From Felis catus (taxonomy: Eukaryota), in the NCBI RefSeq assembly GCF_018350175.1, contig NC_058368.1:10044001-10108000 (forward strand): a stretch of 64,000 nt of DNA, read 5' to 3'. The translations under genes were made by a program, and so were the position numbers. Below are positions 48,911 through 61,759 of this stretch, piece after piece (the first letter of the stretch is position 1; each line of letters starts with the position of its first letter). The notes under the pieces are model-generated. The model did no database searches. It was not told where the DNA came from and saw only the letters and a program-made list of their open reading frames with translations.

Positions 48911-49120
48911 GGCCGCCTGCGTGGCTCAGTCGCTTAAGCATCTGACTTCGGCTCAGGTCGTGATCTCACGGTCCATGAGTTCGAGCCCCGCGTCGGGCTC
49001 TGGGCGGACAGCTCGGAGCCTGGAGCCTGCTTCGGATTCTGTGTCTCCCTCTCTCTCTGCCCCTCCCCTGCTCGCGATCCGTCTCTCAAAAATAAATAAA
49101 ACATTAAAAAAAAAAAAAAA
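48911..49120 (+). mobile_element. SINEC_Fc-type CanSINE inserted in a MIR (about 48860-49260)
   Basis: TSD aagagctgtgca; MIR core resumes gcaagtcgcttaacttctctgcgcct..tggggataataatagtccctatttcctagggttgttatgaag. Confidence 0.95.
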
Positions 49121-50404
49121 GAGCTGTGCACTCTTGCGCAAGTCGCTTAACTTCTCTGCGCCTAAAAAAATGGGGATAATAATAGTCCCTATTTCCTAGG
49201 GTTGTTATGAAGACCGGGTCCTCACTGAACACGGCACAGTAATAGTACATACTCAATATCTTAGCCTTTGTCATTCTTCGGGCTGCACTTCCTGTTTCTG
49301 GAGCCTTTATTTGCATTTTTGAACTGCGCTGTAGCCAAAAGAAAACCAAGAGCTATCGGTGCATGTAACGTGGTGAGGCCTAATGTCCACCTACGCGTCA
49401 GGCGGTGCCAGCGATGTCTCCTGGAAGGCCACTGCCTCCATGAACCCCAAGGACACTTGACAGACAGGAGGATGAAAATGAGCGTTGGTCACTGCAACGC
49501 AGTGAAAATTCCTCTTGAACATGAAGAACAGATGGGCTGCCCCTGCCCCCTCACCATGAGAGATCAGGGTCTCCACACATCTGTGTCCTCATCTGTGAAA
49601 CAGGAATCCTAATGGCACCCCCCTCGTGTGGCCGAAGCAAAGATCAAATGAGCTCATACGTGGAGAGCATTTCGCCAATTCCTGGGTATAGATTTCCTGT
49701 TCTCAGCATCTGTCCCGGAGCACGAGTTGAGTGTTGTTGAGGGAGGCGTGTTGGGCGTCCTGGAGACGGTCCGCTCGTATTTCCTTCAACTGCGGGAAAC
49801 CTTGCGGTTAGCTCCACCAGCGGAAATTCAACAACAATCTGAGAACTCAGGGGCCCCTCTTTTTACTAGAAACCCTGGTGGGGAGACCCCGCTCCCCGCT
49901 CCCCGCCCCCCCCCCCCCCCCCCCCCGTCTGTGAGCTTCTGGTGCAGGAAGGCCAACACCAACAGCTGGAAGAACAATTAGGCTGATACAGACACCAGAG
50001 TGACCATTAGCAACAGAAATGGTGGCAAATTAAGGCCATTAAGTCACAAGCTGGAAAGAGACCAGAAATCTTTATTAATCGCCAAGAAGAGGACATGACT
50101 TTCCAGAGACCCTGACAGGAGAAAGGAGGTCAGAACACCCACGGTCTTTCTGGGTGGAGGCCAGTGGGTTTGCATGAGTGCATGAGCATGATGATTGCAT
50201 CCTGCATTCTAGAATGACTCACCCCGGCCAGGGGGGAGCATGAGAACTAAGGCTTACACACAGCAGACTTCACAGCCCCGGGGAAAGAAGTTCGTTCATT
50301 TCCAGGAGCATTTGCACCTAGCTCGCACATCTGGTTTGTTCGGGGACTCCACAAGGAAAGTCATTCCACAAAATTTTCTTGCCATTTTGCACCAATAATT
50401 AGCA

Positions 50405-50582
50405 TTTTTTTTTTAATGTTTATTTATTTGGCGGGGAGGGGAGAAGAGAGAGAGGGAGAGGGAGAATCCCTAGCAGGCTCTGCCTGACGTGGGGCTCCAT
50501 CCCATGAAACGTAAGATCGTGACCTGAGCAGAAATCAAGAGTCGGTCGGGACGCTCAGCCGACTGAGCCACTCAGGTGCCCC
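50405..50582 (-). mobile_element. CanSINE
   Basis: Head/tail present. Confidence 0.92.
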
Positions 50583-53569
50583 AGCATTTTCCCTTTAGCT
50601 TTATCCTTATTCATGCCTACTCTTTCCTCGGCGCCGCTCATGGAAGGGGCGCGAAGGTGGTTTGCATTCTGATACAGCGCACGCGTTCTCAGAGTCCGCA
50701 CGGCAGAGCTAGCCTCAGTTAATTTTCACTCAGATCTTAACCTTCTCCGCTTGCTTCACTCGGACTCTGGATTTTAAGCAGAAATAATGGTTTGTGACTT
50801 TAAGCAGGGCACCGGCTGCTTCCCCACCCTTTCCCCTGTGGTTTCGTGAACCACACAGTCCCATTCTGCAATATCCTTATTTCTGAATTTCCAACTTCTT
50901 TCCCATCAGGGAGATGACTAATGCTAAAAGCCATGTATTACAGCGAGGTTTACTAGGAACGCCAAATGCTCATTTGAGACATCCTTTCAAATGGTAACAG
51001 CTGTCCTTGCAGCCAAGGTGACATTTATTAAAAAAAAAAAAAAAAAAAAAAAAAAGAAGTCCCAGCTTGGCCCCCACCTCTCTTCAGTTCTGTCCCCTCT
51101 ACCTCCCTGAGGTTGTAATGAGAAAGATTTCAGAAATGAGCACACTGGTGCAGAACCACCCAGTGGCGCTCCGTGGGAGGCATGTCCTTGGGGTGGGCTT
51201 ACGATAAACCCCTCTGTGGCAGGAGCTGTCCCCATCCCCATTTTTCAGGCTGGGAAAAGTTGATTCCAAAAGGCAGCATAAGGAAGGGCTGCCATGGCGG
51301 TGGGGAGGGGAGGGGGGGAGGAGCAATTTCTTCAGCGTTCTCCAGATCTTTCCAACCAGGCTTTCCTTGGTGCCGCCACTTCCTCTGGACATCCTGGCGG
51401 GAGCTCAGGCTTTGGGTGCCTCGGAGGAGGCCAAGGAACGGAAGCTCTGAAGGCTGGTAGAAGAGTGTACCCAGTGTTCCCAGCCCCCACCCACCCACCC
51501 ACCCAGTTGTGCAGGAACAGTGTTCCCAGCCCCCATCCACCCACTCAGCCCACCAGACACTCCCGTGAGAGCCAAGCCCAGTCACTGCCCGTGCCCTCCT
51601 CCAAAGAATGAGAAACCTAGTGGGGTAGACGCTTGGTCCAGCTACAGGAATAAACACTGGAGGGAGAGGAGAGGAAAGAGGCAAGGGGGCTGGGTGTTTG
51701 GACGAGCTTCGGGTACAGTCGTGGGGTGAGAAGCTGTGGGGTGGGCGGAAATACATCAGGATACTTCCCTGAGGTATGCTGTGGATGATGCCCATGGGTC
51801 CCCTTTGGTTTTGGGGAAAATGAGTACAAGATTGGAGTCATTTTGAAATTGCTTTGGGTTGCGGGTCCAGGCTGGGTGAAGATCGCACGTGGGAGCAGAT
51901 GGCAGAACTGCTCGTCTCAGTAGGGCAAGCCTGGGGAAGATTTTCTATTTCCTGGGCACTGGAGTACAAGAACACCCACGGAAGAAGAGCCGAAGGCTGA
52001 GGGCGACCCCCCAGGTTCGGGGTGAACGGCGATAGAGCTAGTGAGGGGGCGGCATTGGCTTATGTGCAGACATATTTGCCGTGAACTTCCCATTCTTCTG
52101 CAAGGGGAGCTGGGGGCCTGGTCACCTGGCCAGCGGGCTGTGGGGTGGGTCCCTTCAGTGCCCTGTGTCCTCTGGTTGTCTCTGCTGCCGGCATTTGGAG
52201 GTGATAGAGGACAATGAAGAGAAGGCTAAGGTTTCATGTCCTTTTTATAACCAACGTTTGTTGCTGGCACCTTTCTTTTGGAAAAAAGACACTGATTCAT
52301 GACTGAACAATCCCTCTGCGCAGAGAAAAAAAAAAAACACCCTTGGAGTCTCTTAGTGGATTTCTGTTTAAAGTAATGGACGGCTTCCATAGGCTATTCA
52401 GAAAATGGCTGAGAGAAATCAGAGCAACAGAGTTGATGTTTTTATTTCTGTCTCTTTCTCCCCGCAGATGAGTTTGAAATTCTTGCTCTGGGCCATATGG
52501 AGTGGATATTCCAGAAGGAAATTATATACTGCTCTCTGTTTCTACTCAACTGCTTTCCACTTTGTCAAGTGGACCCTTTGAAGCAGCCCTCTCCTTACCT
52601 CACATTCTGACATGAATAATTGTTTAATTGCCTCTCAGTCTACACAAGATAAGGAACCGTGTCTCGAAATTGTGTAATTCTCTTAACTAAACAATAGCGG
52701 AACCACCCAGAGCAGTTTTCAAAGACAGAAAAGAATTTCTTACATATGTTAAGCATTTTATTATTTTCGAAGTGCGTTGCTCTGTAGTATTTTTTAAATT
52801 GGATAATGCAGACGAAGCCCTGTGTAAATTGCATCATATAACAAACGAGTACGATTTATAACAATTATTGATTTGATTTTCCATGCACGAAACTGAGGCT
52901 CAGGGCGGGGAGGGGCAGCCCCGAATCATGACAGTTGCTCGGGGCCCGGACAGCTGTCTGTCTCCTTATTCCCCTGTGCTCTCTCTTCTGTGTCAGGTGG
53001 CCTTACCCAGAGAAGGCCAAGGGCGACCTTGGACCCAAACCAGAGGCTTCCCAGAGGGGGTGGGGCTTAGAGTGGAGCCCACGGGTGTGTTTCCTGACCT
53101 GGGTTACCTCACACTGTCCCCCCTGTCTCCCTCACAGGCTTCGGGCACACACTTGCCTTGTTCTCTTGTTCAGCTGCTGCTAATCACTCTTCAGCAGAGC
53201 CTTTCCCTCAGGCTGGGACCCAGGAGTTGTTACATTCCCTAGGTTTTCAAAAATACGGGTTGCTTTATCTTAAAAAAAAAAAAAGTGTCCCTAAAATAAG
53301 CTCACAACCCATTTCCATGTTTTAAAAAAGCTGCTAGCAATTCCTGATGGTAGGCTATTATCTTGATCTTTAAGTGCGTGGGCAGCTGGCCTGGGGCAGC
53401 CCCGCTGGGGGGCTGAAATCACAGCCAGTAAAGCTGAAGCACCCATCTTCTCCCACCCACCACCAAGATGGAGCCCAGGAAGCCCCAACACCAGCTAACT
53501 GGGTGGGGGGGGTGCGGGGTAGCCTGAGCAAAGGGGCTCCGTGCAGGTGGTGGGGGCGACCAGAGAGGG

Positions 53570-54670
53570 TTTCCTGTGCATCGGAGGACACAATCCAAAG
53601 GGTGCCAAGGTAACCGTTGGACTCTGAGACGATATTTGCAAAGAATATGGCTACCAAGGGATTTATAACCAGGATATGTGAAGAACTTTTACAACTCAAC
53701 AGCAACAAAAGAAAACCTCCATAAAAAACGGGCAAAGGACGTGAACAGACATTTCTCCAGAAAAGACATACATACAGGTGGCCAACATGCATGTAAAAAG
53801 GGACTCAACCTCACTAATCAGGGAAATGCAAACCAAAACCACAGTGAGATCGCACTTCACCTCCGTTCATGTGGCTATCATAAAAAAACACCCCACCCCT
53901 CCCAATAAGCCAGAGCATAACAAGTGTTCGGGAGGATAAGGAGAAACTGGAGTCTTTGTGCGCTGCTGGTGGGACTGTAAAATGGTCCAGCTGCCGTGGA
54001 AAACAAGATGGCGGTTCCTCGAACGATTAAACAGTTACCACATGATCCAGCAACTCTATTTCTGAGTATATACGCAAAAGGATTGAAAGCAGGAACTCGA
54101 ACCAATACTTGGATACCGATGTTCTCAGTAGCATGATTCACAGTAGCTAAAAGGTGGAGACAACCCAAATGTCCATTGTTGATGAATGGGTAAATAGAAT
54201 GTGGTACATCCCTACAATGGAATATTACCTAGCTTTGAAAAGGAAGGAACTTCTGTCCTGTGCTGCAACATAGATTAACCTTATAAACATCTATCAAGTG
54301 AAATCAGCCAGACGCAAAAAGGCAAATGCTGTATGGTTTCACTCATATGAGGTATCTCAAGGAGTCAAATTAATAGAGACAGTAAGTAATCCCTATTGCC
54401 AGGGATTTGGCGGGGGGGGGGGGATGGGGAGTTGTGTTTAATGGGAACAGAGTTTCAGTTTGGGATGGTGGAAAAGTTCTGGAGATGGATGGCGGTGACG
54501 GCGACACACGAGCACGAATGTACCGAAGGCCACTGAATCGCACACTTAAAAATGGTTACATGGTCAATTTTATGTTATGGTTGTTTTCCCCAAATTAAAA
54601 ACTCATAAAGACTGGTTATGGTTAAAATGGAAGTTTTATGTTCTGTATATTTCACTGCAGCTTTGTAAAA
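53570..54670 (+). mobile_element. L1MB-type LINE-1 ORF2 3' end and 3' UTR (decayed)
   Basis: gcaaaggacgtgaacagacatttctccagaaaagacata..gggaaatgcaaaccaaaaccacagtgagat..atgatccagcaactctatttctgagtata..ggaaaagttctggagatggatgg. Confidence 0.93.
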
Positions 54671-55500
54671 GTTGTTAAAAAGTTAACAGAGAGAGAGAAA
54701 GAGACAGAGAGAGGCTTTCCAGGTAAAGGTTGAGTTGAGAACTGGTGGGGAGAGAGGGAGGCAATGAGGTGTTCTCCATCGAGGAGAGTTCACCCCTGCA
54801 GTGTGTGAGGACGCCTTGAGGACCCTTCCCAGCAGATGCTTGGTCTGAAGAGGTCAAAGGAGCAGGTGTCTGGCCCCTTCCCCATGACCATCTATCCAAT
54901 GGATGATCCCTTCTGCCTCATCATGGATGGCAGAGAGGACAGACAGTGCCTATTAGGGGATGGTCAGGGCCACTCCCTAGACTGACTTTGTTCATCAGAG
55001 GGTAAGTGAAGACACACACTGTGGACAGAGAGTTGGTCGCGGGGACATTGGCCAGAGGTAACATAGAGCAGAAACTTGCCCCCTATCCCTTTTTCTTTTT
55101 AACAACTCCTGGTTGATTTTTCTTCTGGTTGGACTACATCTTTGGGTAATTCTTTCAGATAAGTCTGTGGGTAGGACACTTTCTCAGCTCTCATACATCC
55201 CCAAATTTCTTACTTTTGCCCTCACACTGGAAAGATAGCTTGATAGGTTGGTTGCATAGAGAATTCTAGAACAAGGTCACTTTTCCTCAGAATTTCATGA
55301 AGTTACTACCCCATTGTATTCTTGTTCTGGGTGCTGCTGATGAAGTGTGATGTCAGACTGTTTCACATTCTGAAGCACATGATCTGCTTTTTCTCTGGAA
55401 GATTCTAGCAGTTTTTCTTTATGCTTAATATTCTGACGTTTTACTCCAATGTCATAGGGGTGGATTTGTTTCATTTTGTTTTTAAGTCTATCCTGTTTTC

Positions 55501-55731
55501 GGGTACCTGGGTGGTGGCTCACTCAGCTGAGCATCTGATTCCTGATTTCAACTCAGGTCATGATCCCAGGGTCGTGGGGTCAAACCCCAAGTCTGGCCCC
55601 GCACTGAGTGTGGAGTCTGCTTAAGATTCTCTCTCTCTCCCCTTCTGCCCCTCTCCTCACTCATGCTCTATAAATAAATAATTTAAATTTATTATTTAAA
55701 TATATGAATGAATAAATAAATAAATAAATAA
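55501..55731 (+). mobile_element. CanSINE
   Basis: Head, CT tract, (TAAA)n tail. Confidence 0.92.
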
Positions 55732-55821
55732 GCCCTGTTATGTCCTTCCAGATACCTTCATTTTGAGGACTTAAGTTTTAGGAAATTCTTTTCTCTCATT
55801 TCTTTAATCTAACCATTTAAA

Positions 55822-56032
55822 AATGTTTTTAATGTTTATTTATTTTTGAGAGAGGGGCAGAGAGTGAGCACGTAAGGGCAGAGAGAGAAGGAGGGAGGCA
55901 CAGAGTCTGAAGCAGGCTCCAGGCTTTGAGCTGTCCGCACAGAGCCTGACACGGGGCTCGAACTCAGGAACTGTGAGATCATGACCTGAGTTAAAGTCAG
56001 ACGCTTGACCAACTGAGCTACCCAGGCGCCCC
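55822..56032 (-). mobile_element. SINEC_Fc-type CanSINE
   Basis: Full body on minus strand. Confidence 0.94.
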
Positions 56033-57929
56033 TCCCTCGTTTCTTTAAATGTCACTTCTGCTCCCTTCTCTCAGTGTTTTTCCTCCTGGAACTGTTAAAG
56101 ATCCCCAGAGTTTATAACGTGTATTTCTCACTTGTCCTTTCTTACGTTCCGTTTCTTTATCCCTATGTGCTGCTCTCTGGAGGACTTTCCTCCTTCCCTC
56201 ACCTGCATCTGTTTGGGTATTTGGTTCACCCACTGGGTTTTATTTATTAACAGGATGTACCCGAACACTGCCCAGACTGCTGACAGGAAGAGGCCGCTCT
56301 ACTCTGCTCACAGAGACGGTGGGGAGAAATGGGTCCAGCCGGGCTCTGGTCTTCCTTCCCCATAAGCACCACACCCTTGTGCCTAAACCATCCCGGCTCC
56401 TTGCTTCCACCCACCAGGTGAGACACATACTCACTGCTGTACTCACTCTTGTCCTGCAACACATCTTAGGCTGTTCCTTTTCCCTTGCATGTGGTCCTTT
56501 CCATCTTTGAGGGATTTTCACAGTTTCTGGGTCACTAACCCCCCCCCCCTTCTGAGTTTTCTGAGTGTTGTTACATCACATCCATTTTCTATCATCTCTG
56601 AAAACCTGATCCTGGAGGGGAGGCAGTTGTACGTGTTTCGGCCGCCATCTTGAAAAAGCAAGGCTTCGAGTCAAATCTTGACGAAGTTCGAGATGTAAAA
56701 GGTAAAATGAAGCCCTGTGATTGAAGCAAGGGCGGGGACTCCGGAATCTGCTTCCCTTCTCCCTCCCGCCTGGGAGGAGGCTTCAGGGAACACTCTGTGG
56801 AGTGTGGTGTGAAAACCAGTCACCAACATTTATGTCATGGCTATGGCAGTTGCCTTGACGGTTGGTACCACAATCCCAATAGCCCGTTCCCTCAAATAGT
56901 GACAGATCACTTTTCTCCCACTGAGAAACCTGGAACCCCCTTTGGACCTCCCTTGGAATGTCTGCGTTTGGTCTTAAGAGAAAGGATCTCGGCTTGTTGG
57001 CGAAGAACTGGCATTTTCTGAGCTCGGCAAGGTACTGATGCCATTAGTGGGTCTGTTTAGCAAGCCACCTGCTTCCCTGAGTTCTATCTGATGACTTAGT
57101 CAGGTGGGTGTCACATCTCAAGCATGTAGCGAATATAATGGCTGTAAGTTCCACCGATGAAGAGATGCTTCGTAACCACTTGATGTGGATCTCTCCTGCC
57201 GCTGGATGTGACCCAGATGCAAGAGGCATATGGGGTGAGGAACCCCATTTGTCTCCTGCCCATGTAGCGGGGAATGGTCGACTACGAAGAATTGTTCGTT
57301 TGGATGTGTTGCTGTGTGTAGGGCCTCCTTTAGGGCCTCTGCGATACCTTCAGCGAAGATTCCTATCACTTCACAAGTTTTACAGGTTTAGACTTCCTTT
57401 TCTTTTGTGTATACGTATAAAGCTGACCTAGGGGTTGGCAAAACCGTATCCAGATAAATCATTCGGAGGTGAAATGTGTTTTATCTCTTTAAGGAAATGA
57501 GCAATCTGACCGTATTAAACTGACTAACCGACTTTATATCTCACTAACTAGTGATTTGAATAAGAGATTTAAACAGGAAAATCTTTTAAAAAAGACCCTC
57601 GAAAGTTGTCTATTACCAGACGTACAGGCCCTTATTTTTCTCTAATAATTTTAATAAATGTCAAAAAGTCCCTTAAACTATACGGCCACTATTAAGAGTA
57701 AAATAGTGGGTTATGTAAATGATTCTCTTTATTATCTTACTTTTCAGAGCATATATATGTCAATCACATTTATGCACATCATAGTACATCTCTTCACGTC
57801 TCCAATTTTTCCAAAGATTGAGTTTTTCCTCAGTTTACCTGGGACCATAAGACGGATTTCCAGCATTATAACTGGCTCTTTTTTCAAATGCAGCTAATTG
57901 GTCAGTTCGTTGGTCACATATTTATTGTC

Positions 57930-58432
57930 TATTCTCTTCCACCCTCACTCTCTTACCAGCAGCCAACCAGTTTCCCCTGGGGGGGTCCATGAGGTTCCAG
58001 GACCTGGTTTCACCCCCATCTCCAGGGATGGGGCATATAGTGTAAGCTAAGCCAATCAGTGTCTTCCATTTTTCTGGATGTAGACATTGGTTGCAGAGTG
58101 GACATGTGACCTAAGGGGGCCCAATCAGAATGAATCTTCAGGTTTTTCTTGGAAGGCCTGGGCAGGGGTGCTCTCTTCCCTTCTGGACGAGAATGAGGAA
58201 ATACCAGCTCTGAGAGCTACTGGATGCCATAGGGGGGCCTTAAGGGAGTAAGCCTGCGAATTTGACACCAAAAAGGGCAAAGTGAAGAACTGGAAAGATT
58301 CTTGGTTGACGTTGTTGTGGTACTGGATCACGCCTTACCTGAAGCCATTTTTGGTCACTTGAGCTAGCCAATTCACTTAACGGTTTAAACCATTTTGAGG
58401 GAGGCTTTCTGTTACTTGCATTCCACCTGATA
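57930..58432 (+). mobile_element. Old ERVL/MaLR LTR (LTR33- or MLT1J-like)
   Basis: aagccaatcag..ggacatgtgacctaagggggcccaatcagaatgaatc..tttctgttacttgca. Confidence 0.65.
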
Positions 58433-58865
58433 TAGTTTATAGATGATGTATTAGTACACAACTTAATAGTTTACAAATCACATTATGTTACTTCATTTTC
58501 ACAACATCCCCACAGGGATATTCAGGAAGGCTGTTGTTCCTCTCATTTTTCATGAAGAAAGGGACTGTGAAGGCATCGCCCTAGGTTACACAGATGGTTA
58601 AGTAGAAAAGTTACATAAGGAAAGGAATTACATACATATTTTAAAGTTGTATTCTCAGCGTCTTTGATGTGCTTGTCAAGTGGGTATAATGTTTGTTGAA
58701 TAAATAATAAATTGAAGAACAGAGCTGAACAGTAAAAAAGTAATAGGCTTTGTTTTCATTATTTTAATTATGGCTTCAATTATTCACTTTTCCAGCAAAT
58801 ATCTACCAACTGTCTATCACATAGACACGAAACTAAGTGTTCAAATGAAACATTCTTTGTCTTTA

Positions 58866-59085
58866 GGGGTGTCTGCGTGGCTTTGTTGGTTAAGCGTCCA
58901 ACTCTTGATTTCAGCTCAGGTCACGATCTCGCGGTTTGTGGGTTCAAGCCCCGTGTCAGGCCCTGCGTCAGGCTCTGTGCTGACAGCTCAGAGCCTGCTT
59001 GAGAGTCTCTCCTTTCTCTGCCCCTCCACGGCTCATGCCGTCTCTCTAAAAATAAACTTTAAAAATAAGTAAATGAATAAATAAA
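58866..59085 (+). mobile_element. CanSINE
   Basis: Head/tail; short internal duplication gtcaggccctgcgtcaggctctg. Confidence 0.93.
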
Positions 59086-59159
59086 TACTCTTTGTATTTG
59101 TGTTTCTGCCAGCACCTCTAGTGCAAAAGAAAAAAAGAAAAGAAAAATTGTTGCTGTTT

Positions 59160-59300
59160 TTAATATAACATTGTTTATATATATATTTATTATTATATAT
59201 TTTATATTTATGTTATATATTATATATTATATTTTTATATATTTATTTATATCTTTTATTTATTTATATATTATCTATTATATTTATATTTAACATTTAA
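59160..59300. repeat. AT-rich low-complexity (TA/TTTA)n tract
   Basis: Directly visible. Confidence 0.9.
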
Positions 59301-59411
59301 TAGAACATTGTTATACTCTTAAAAGTTTCAAACAGTTTAAGAGATTATGTATAGTTAAAGTCCTGCAATGATTTGCTAGGGAGGATCCCTGTGTTTTAAA
59401 ATCTCTTTTCT

Positions 59412-59640
59412 GGGGTTGCCTGGGTGGCTCAGTCAGTTGAGCAATGGACTTCAGCTCGGGTCATGATCTCGCCTTTGTGAGTTGGAGCCCCGTGTCGGGT
59501 TCTCTGCTATCAGCCCAGACCCTCGTTGGGATTCTCTGTCCATCCCCTGCCCTGCCGCCCCCCGCCACCCCTCCCCTGCTTGCGTGTGTGTGATCTCTCT
59601 CTCAAAAATAAAATTTTAAAAGGTTAGAAAAATAAATAAA
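59412..59640 (+). mobile_element. CanSINE
   Basis: TSD aaaatctcttttct / aaaacctcttttct. Confidence 0.93.
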
Positions 59641-61759
59641 ACCTCTTTTCTCTTGCACGTATGCATGGTTTCTGCCTGGTTTACCTTGAGAATGGACTTC
59701 TCAGGTAGAAAGCCATGTCAACAGTTGTTAAGTGCTTGATGCCGTCTGAATACCTCACAGATACTGAATTATATACTCTTCTTAATGTTAAGTCTCTCTC
59801 TGGCAGTATGTGAAGATGTCCGCTCATTCGAATCTCTGGGGGACCATTAAGGATGAATTTTACTATTTTAGTTTGTATCATAGTAGATCAAAAATCCATA
59901 CTTCACGGGCAAAGGCAACATACAGATTTGAGACTCTGTCAGAGTTTAGAGTGACAAGAAAGTAGAAGGAAGATCACCCTGTGGGGATGAGGCACTAGTC
60001 AGGTAGTTAGGAAAATAGCCTGAATTGTAATTCCCCAGGGAGGGAATGCAGCATGGAAGGAAGTCACGACCAAGCATTGCAACTCCTGAGATCTCATAGA
60101 AACCTCAAAGAATTAAATGCACAGAATCGATGGCTGAAAATGTTTTCGAGGTTTAAAAACTCAGCAAGGGTCTGCTTCCTTTCTTCGTGTCCCGAATAAG
60201 AGGAGAGAAAAAGAGGGAAAGGTCTGCTGGCTGCATTTTGAAGGTCAAGTTTGGGAAAATCAGCCCCGGGGAGTGGAGAAAGGAAAACCTCTGGGCTGAG
60301 ACTGAGCGGGATTCAAATCTCACCTTATCAGACTGTTACAGCAATTGGATACATGTGTCAAGGGCCTGGCATATACCAGCCACAAATGGCGGCTGTTACT
60401 TTGTACTTTTTATATAAGTAGGACAGACTTGGACTCGTTAAAAAAGTGTTGTCACGCTTATTTCTTGCTTTTCTTGAAAGAAAGAAAGAAAAAAAAAAAG
60501 ACGTATCTTCAGAGTGTCCAATAGCACAGAAAGGAAAAAGCACGAAAGGAAAGAACACATGGTACTTTCCGGAGAATCAACATTTCTTACTCAAATTCAA
60601 TCACGGCTGCATAATGAGGGTGGAACAGTGCCCTCTTGTATCTCTTATGGCTAAATTTACTCACGTTCATCTGAAAGAATGAGGGAGGCTTTAGTTCACA
60701 TCCTTGAATACCATTCGAAATGTCTCATGTTTCTGATAATGTCCTGCAGGGCCTTGAGCAAGCTAACAATAAAAGAAATGGATGAATGTGGATTATTCAG
60801 CAGGTTCCCGGCATCCTTTCAGAGACTTTTAAAAGCGGTGCCTTAACTGTTCGCTCATAAACTTGCTGCTGTTTCCCCTTAAGGAATGTCTCTCGTCTTT
60901 GAAATTGAGTCCATGACAGCTGTCACTGGCACGATTTATCCCTGGTAGAGGACCAAAGGAGGAAGCAAAATGGTGGGTGGTTGTTGGTTCTTGCCGTTTG
61001 CCCCCTGGGGTGATGGATTCCGAGCACAGAGAAGGTGTGCAAGGCTAGGGTGCGGGTGGAGGCAGCTCTGAGCAGAGCCCAGAACCTCAAGGGCAGTGAA
61101 ACAGCTTGGCTGACCTATTCCTAGCTGCATTATTCTGCTTAGAGAAAATAACAAGGTGAAAGTTTGCTAATATCCCGCAAAGACGTGTCAGTCTTGCACG
61201 ATACTAGTATATTTGGGGCTATTATGGAGGATCAAAGCAATTTAGGAAACACAAGTCCTTTTCCGCTGAAACGTGTGATAATGATCCACTTCTAATTTTT
61301 AAGTTAGACAATTTCGTGCTTTATTTTTGATCGTATATGAAGTCAATTCTGTGATGTTCTACAGGTATGAAGTGTCATCGACATGTTTAGACAATCCCAA
61401 ATGCCTCCCCGGACCCAGCTTAGGAGACCTGAGTGAGCTCATGAGTCATTCAGAATCAGGGAAACGGATAGCTGAAATTCTCACTTCTCGTCAAGGTCTT
61501 AGAAGAAATTCTCAAACCTTGCACATCTATGTCTCACTCCTTTCACATCCTAAAGTTGAATTTGGCAATAATTATATACAGTGCTATATCACTTAATACT
61601 TTTCAAACACATGTTTGTTTACAACATAACAAGCAGAAGAGGTTTCCTATTTTTCACTTTTTGGAGGAAAATATTGATGTTCAAAGAAATTAACCAATTT
61701 GGATGATGATCAGCTTATAGAATCATTGAGTCTGGAGGTGAAACCACACATATTAGATA

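Larger units (their letters stand above)
55100..56655 (-). mobile_element. Ancient HAL1/L1M ORF1-bearing 5' fragment, split by two SINEs
   Basis: Minus-strand peptide IGVKRQNIKHKEKLLESSREK resembles L1 ORF1 IVKFxxxKDKEKILKAxREK; ends in gccgccatcttg (caagatggc 5' motif). Confidence 0.65.

Noticed and set aside
51199..51795. 198-aa minus ORF
   Set aside because: Low-complexity G-rich region with a local duplication; no recognisable homology.
53370..54168. ORFs resembling L1 ORF2 C-terminus or its antisense
   Set aside because: Fragmented old L1 with stops and frameshifts; not an active element.
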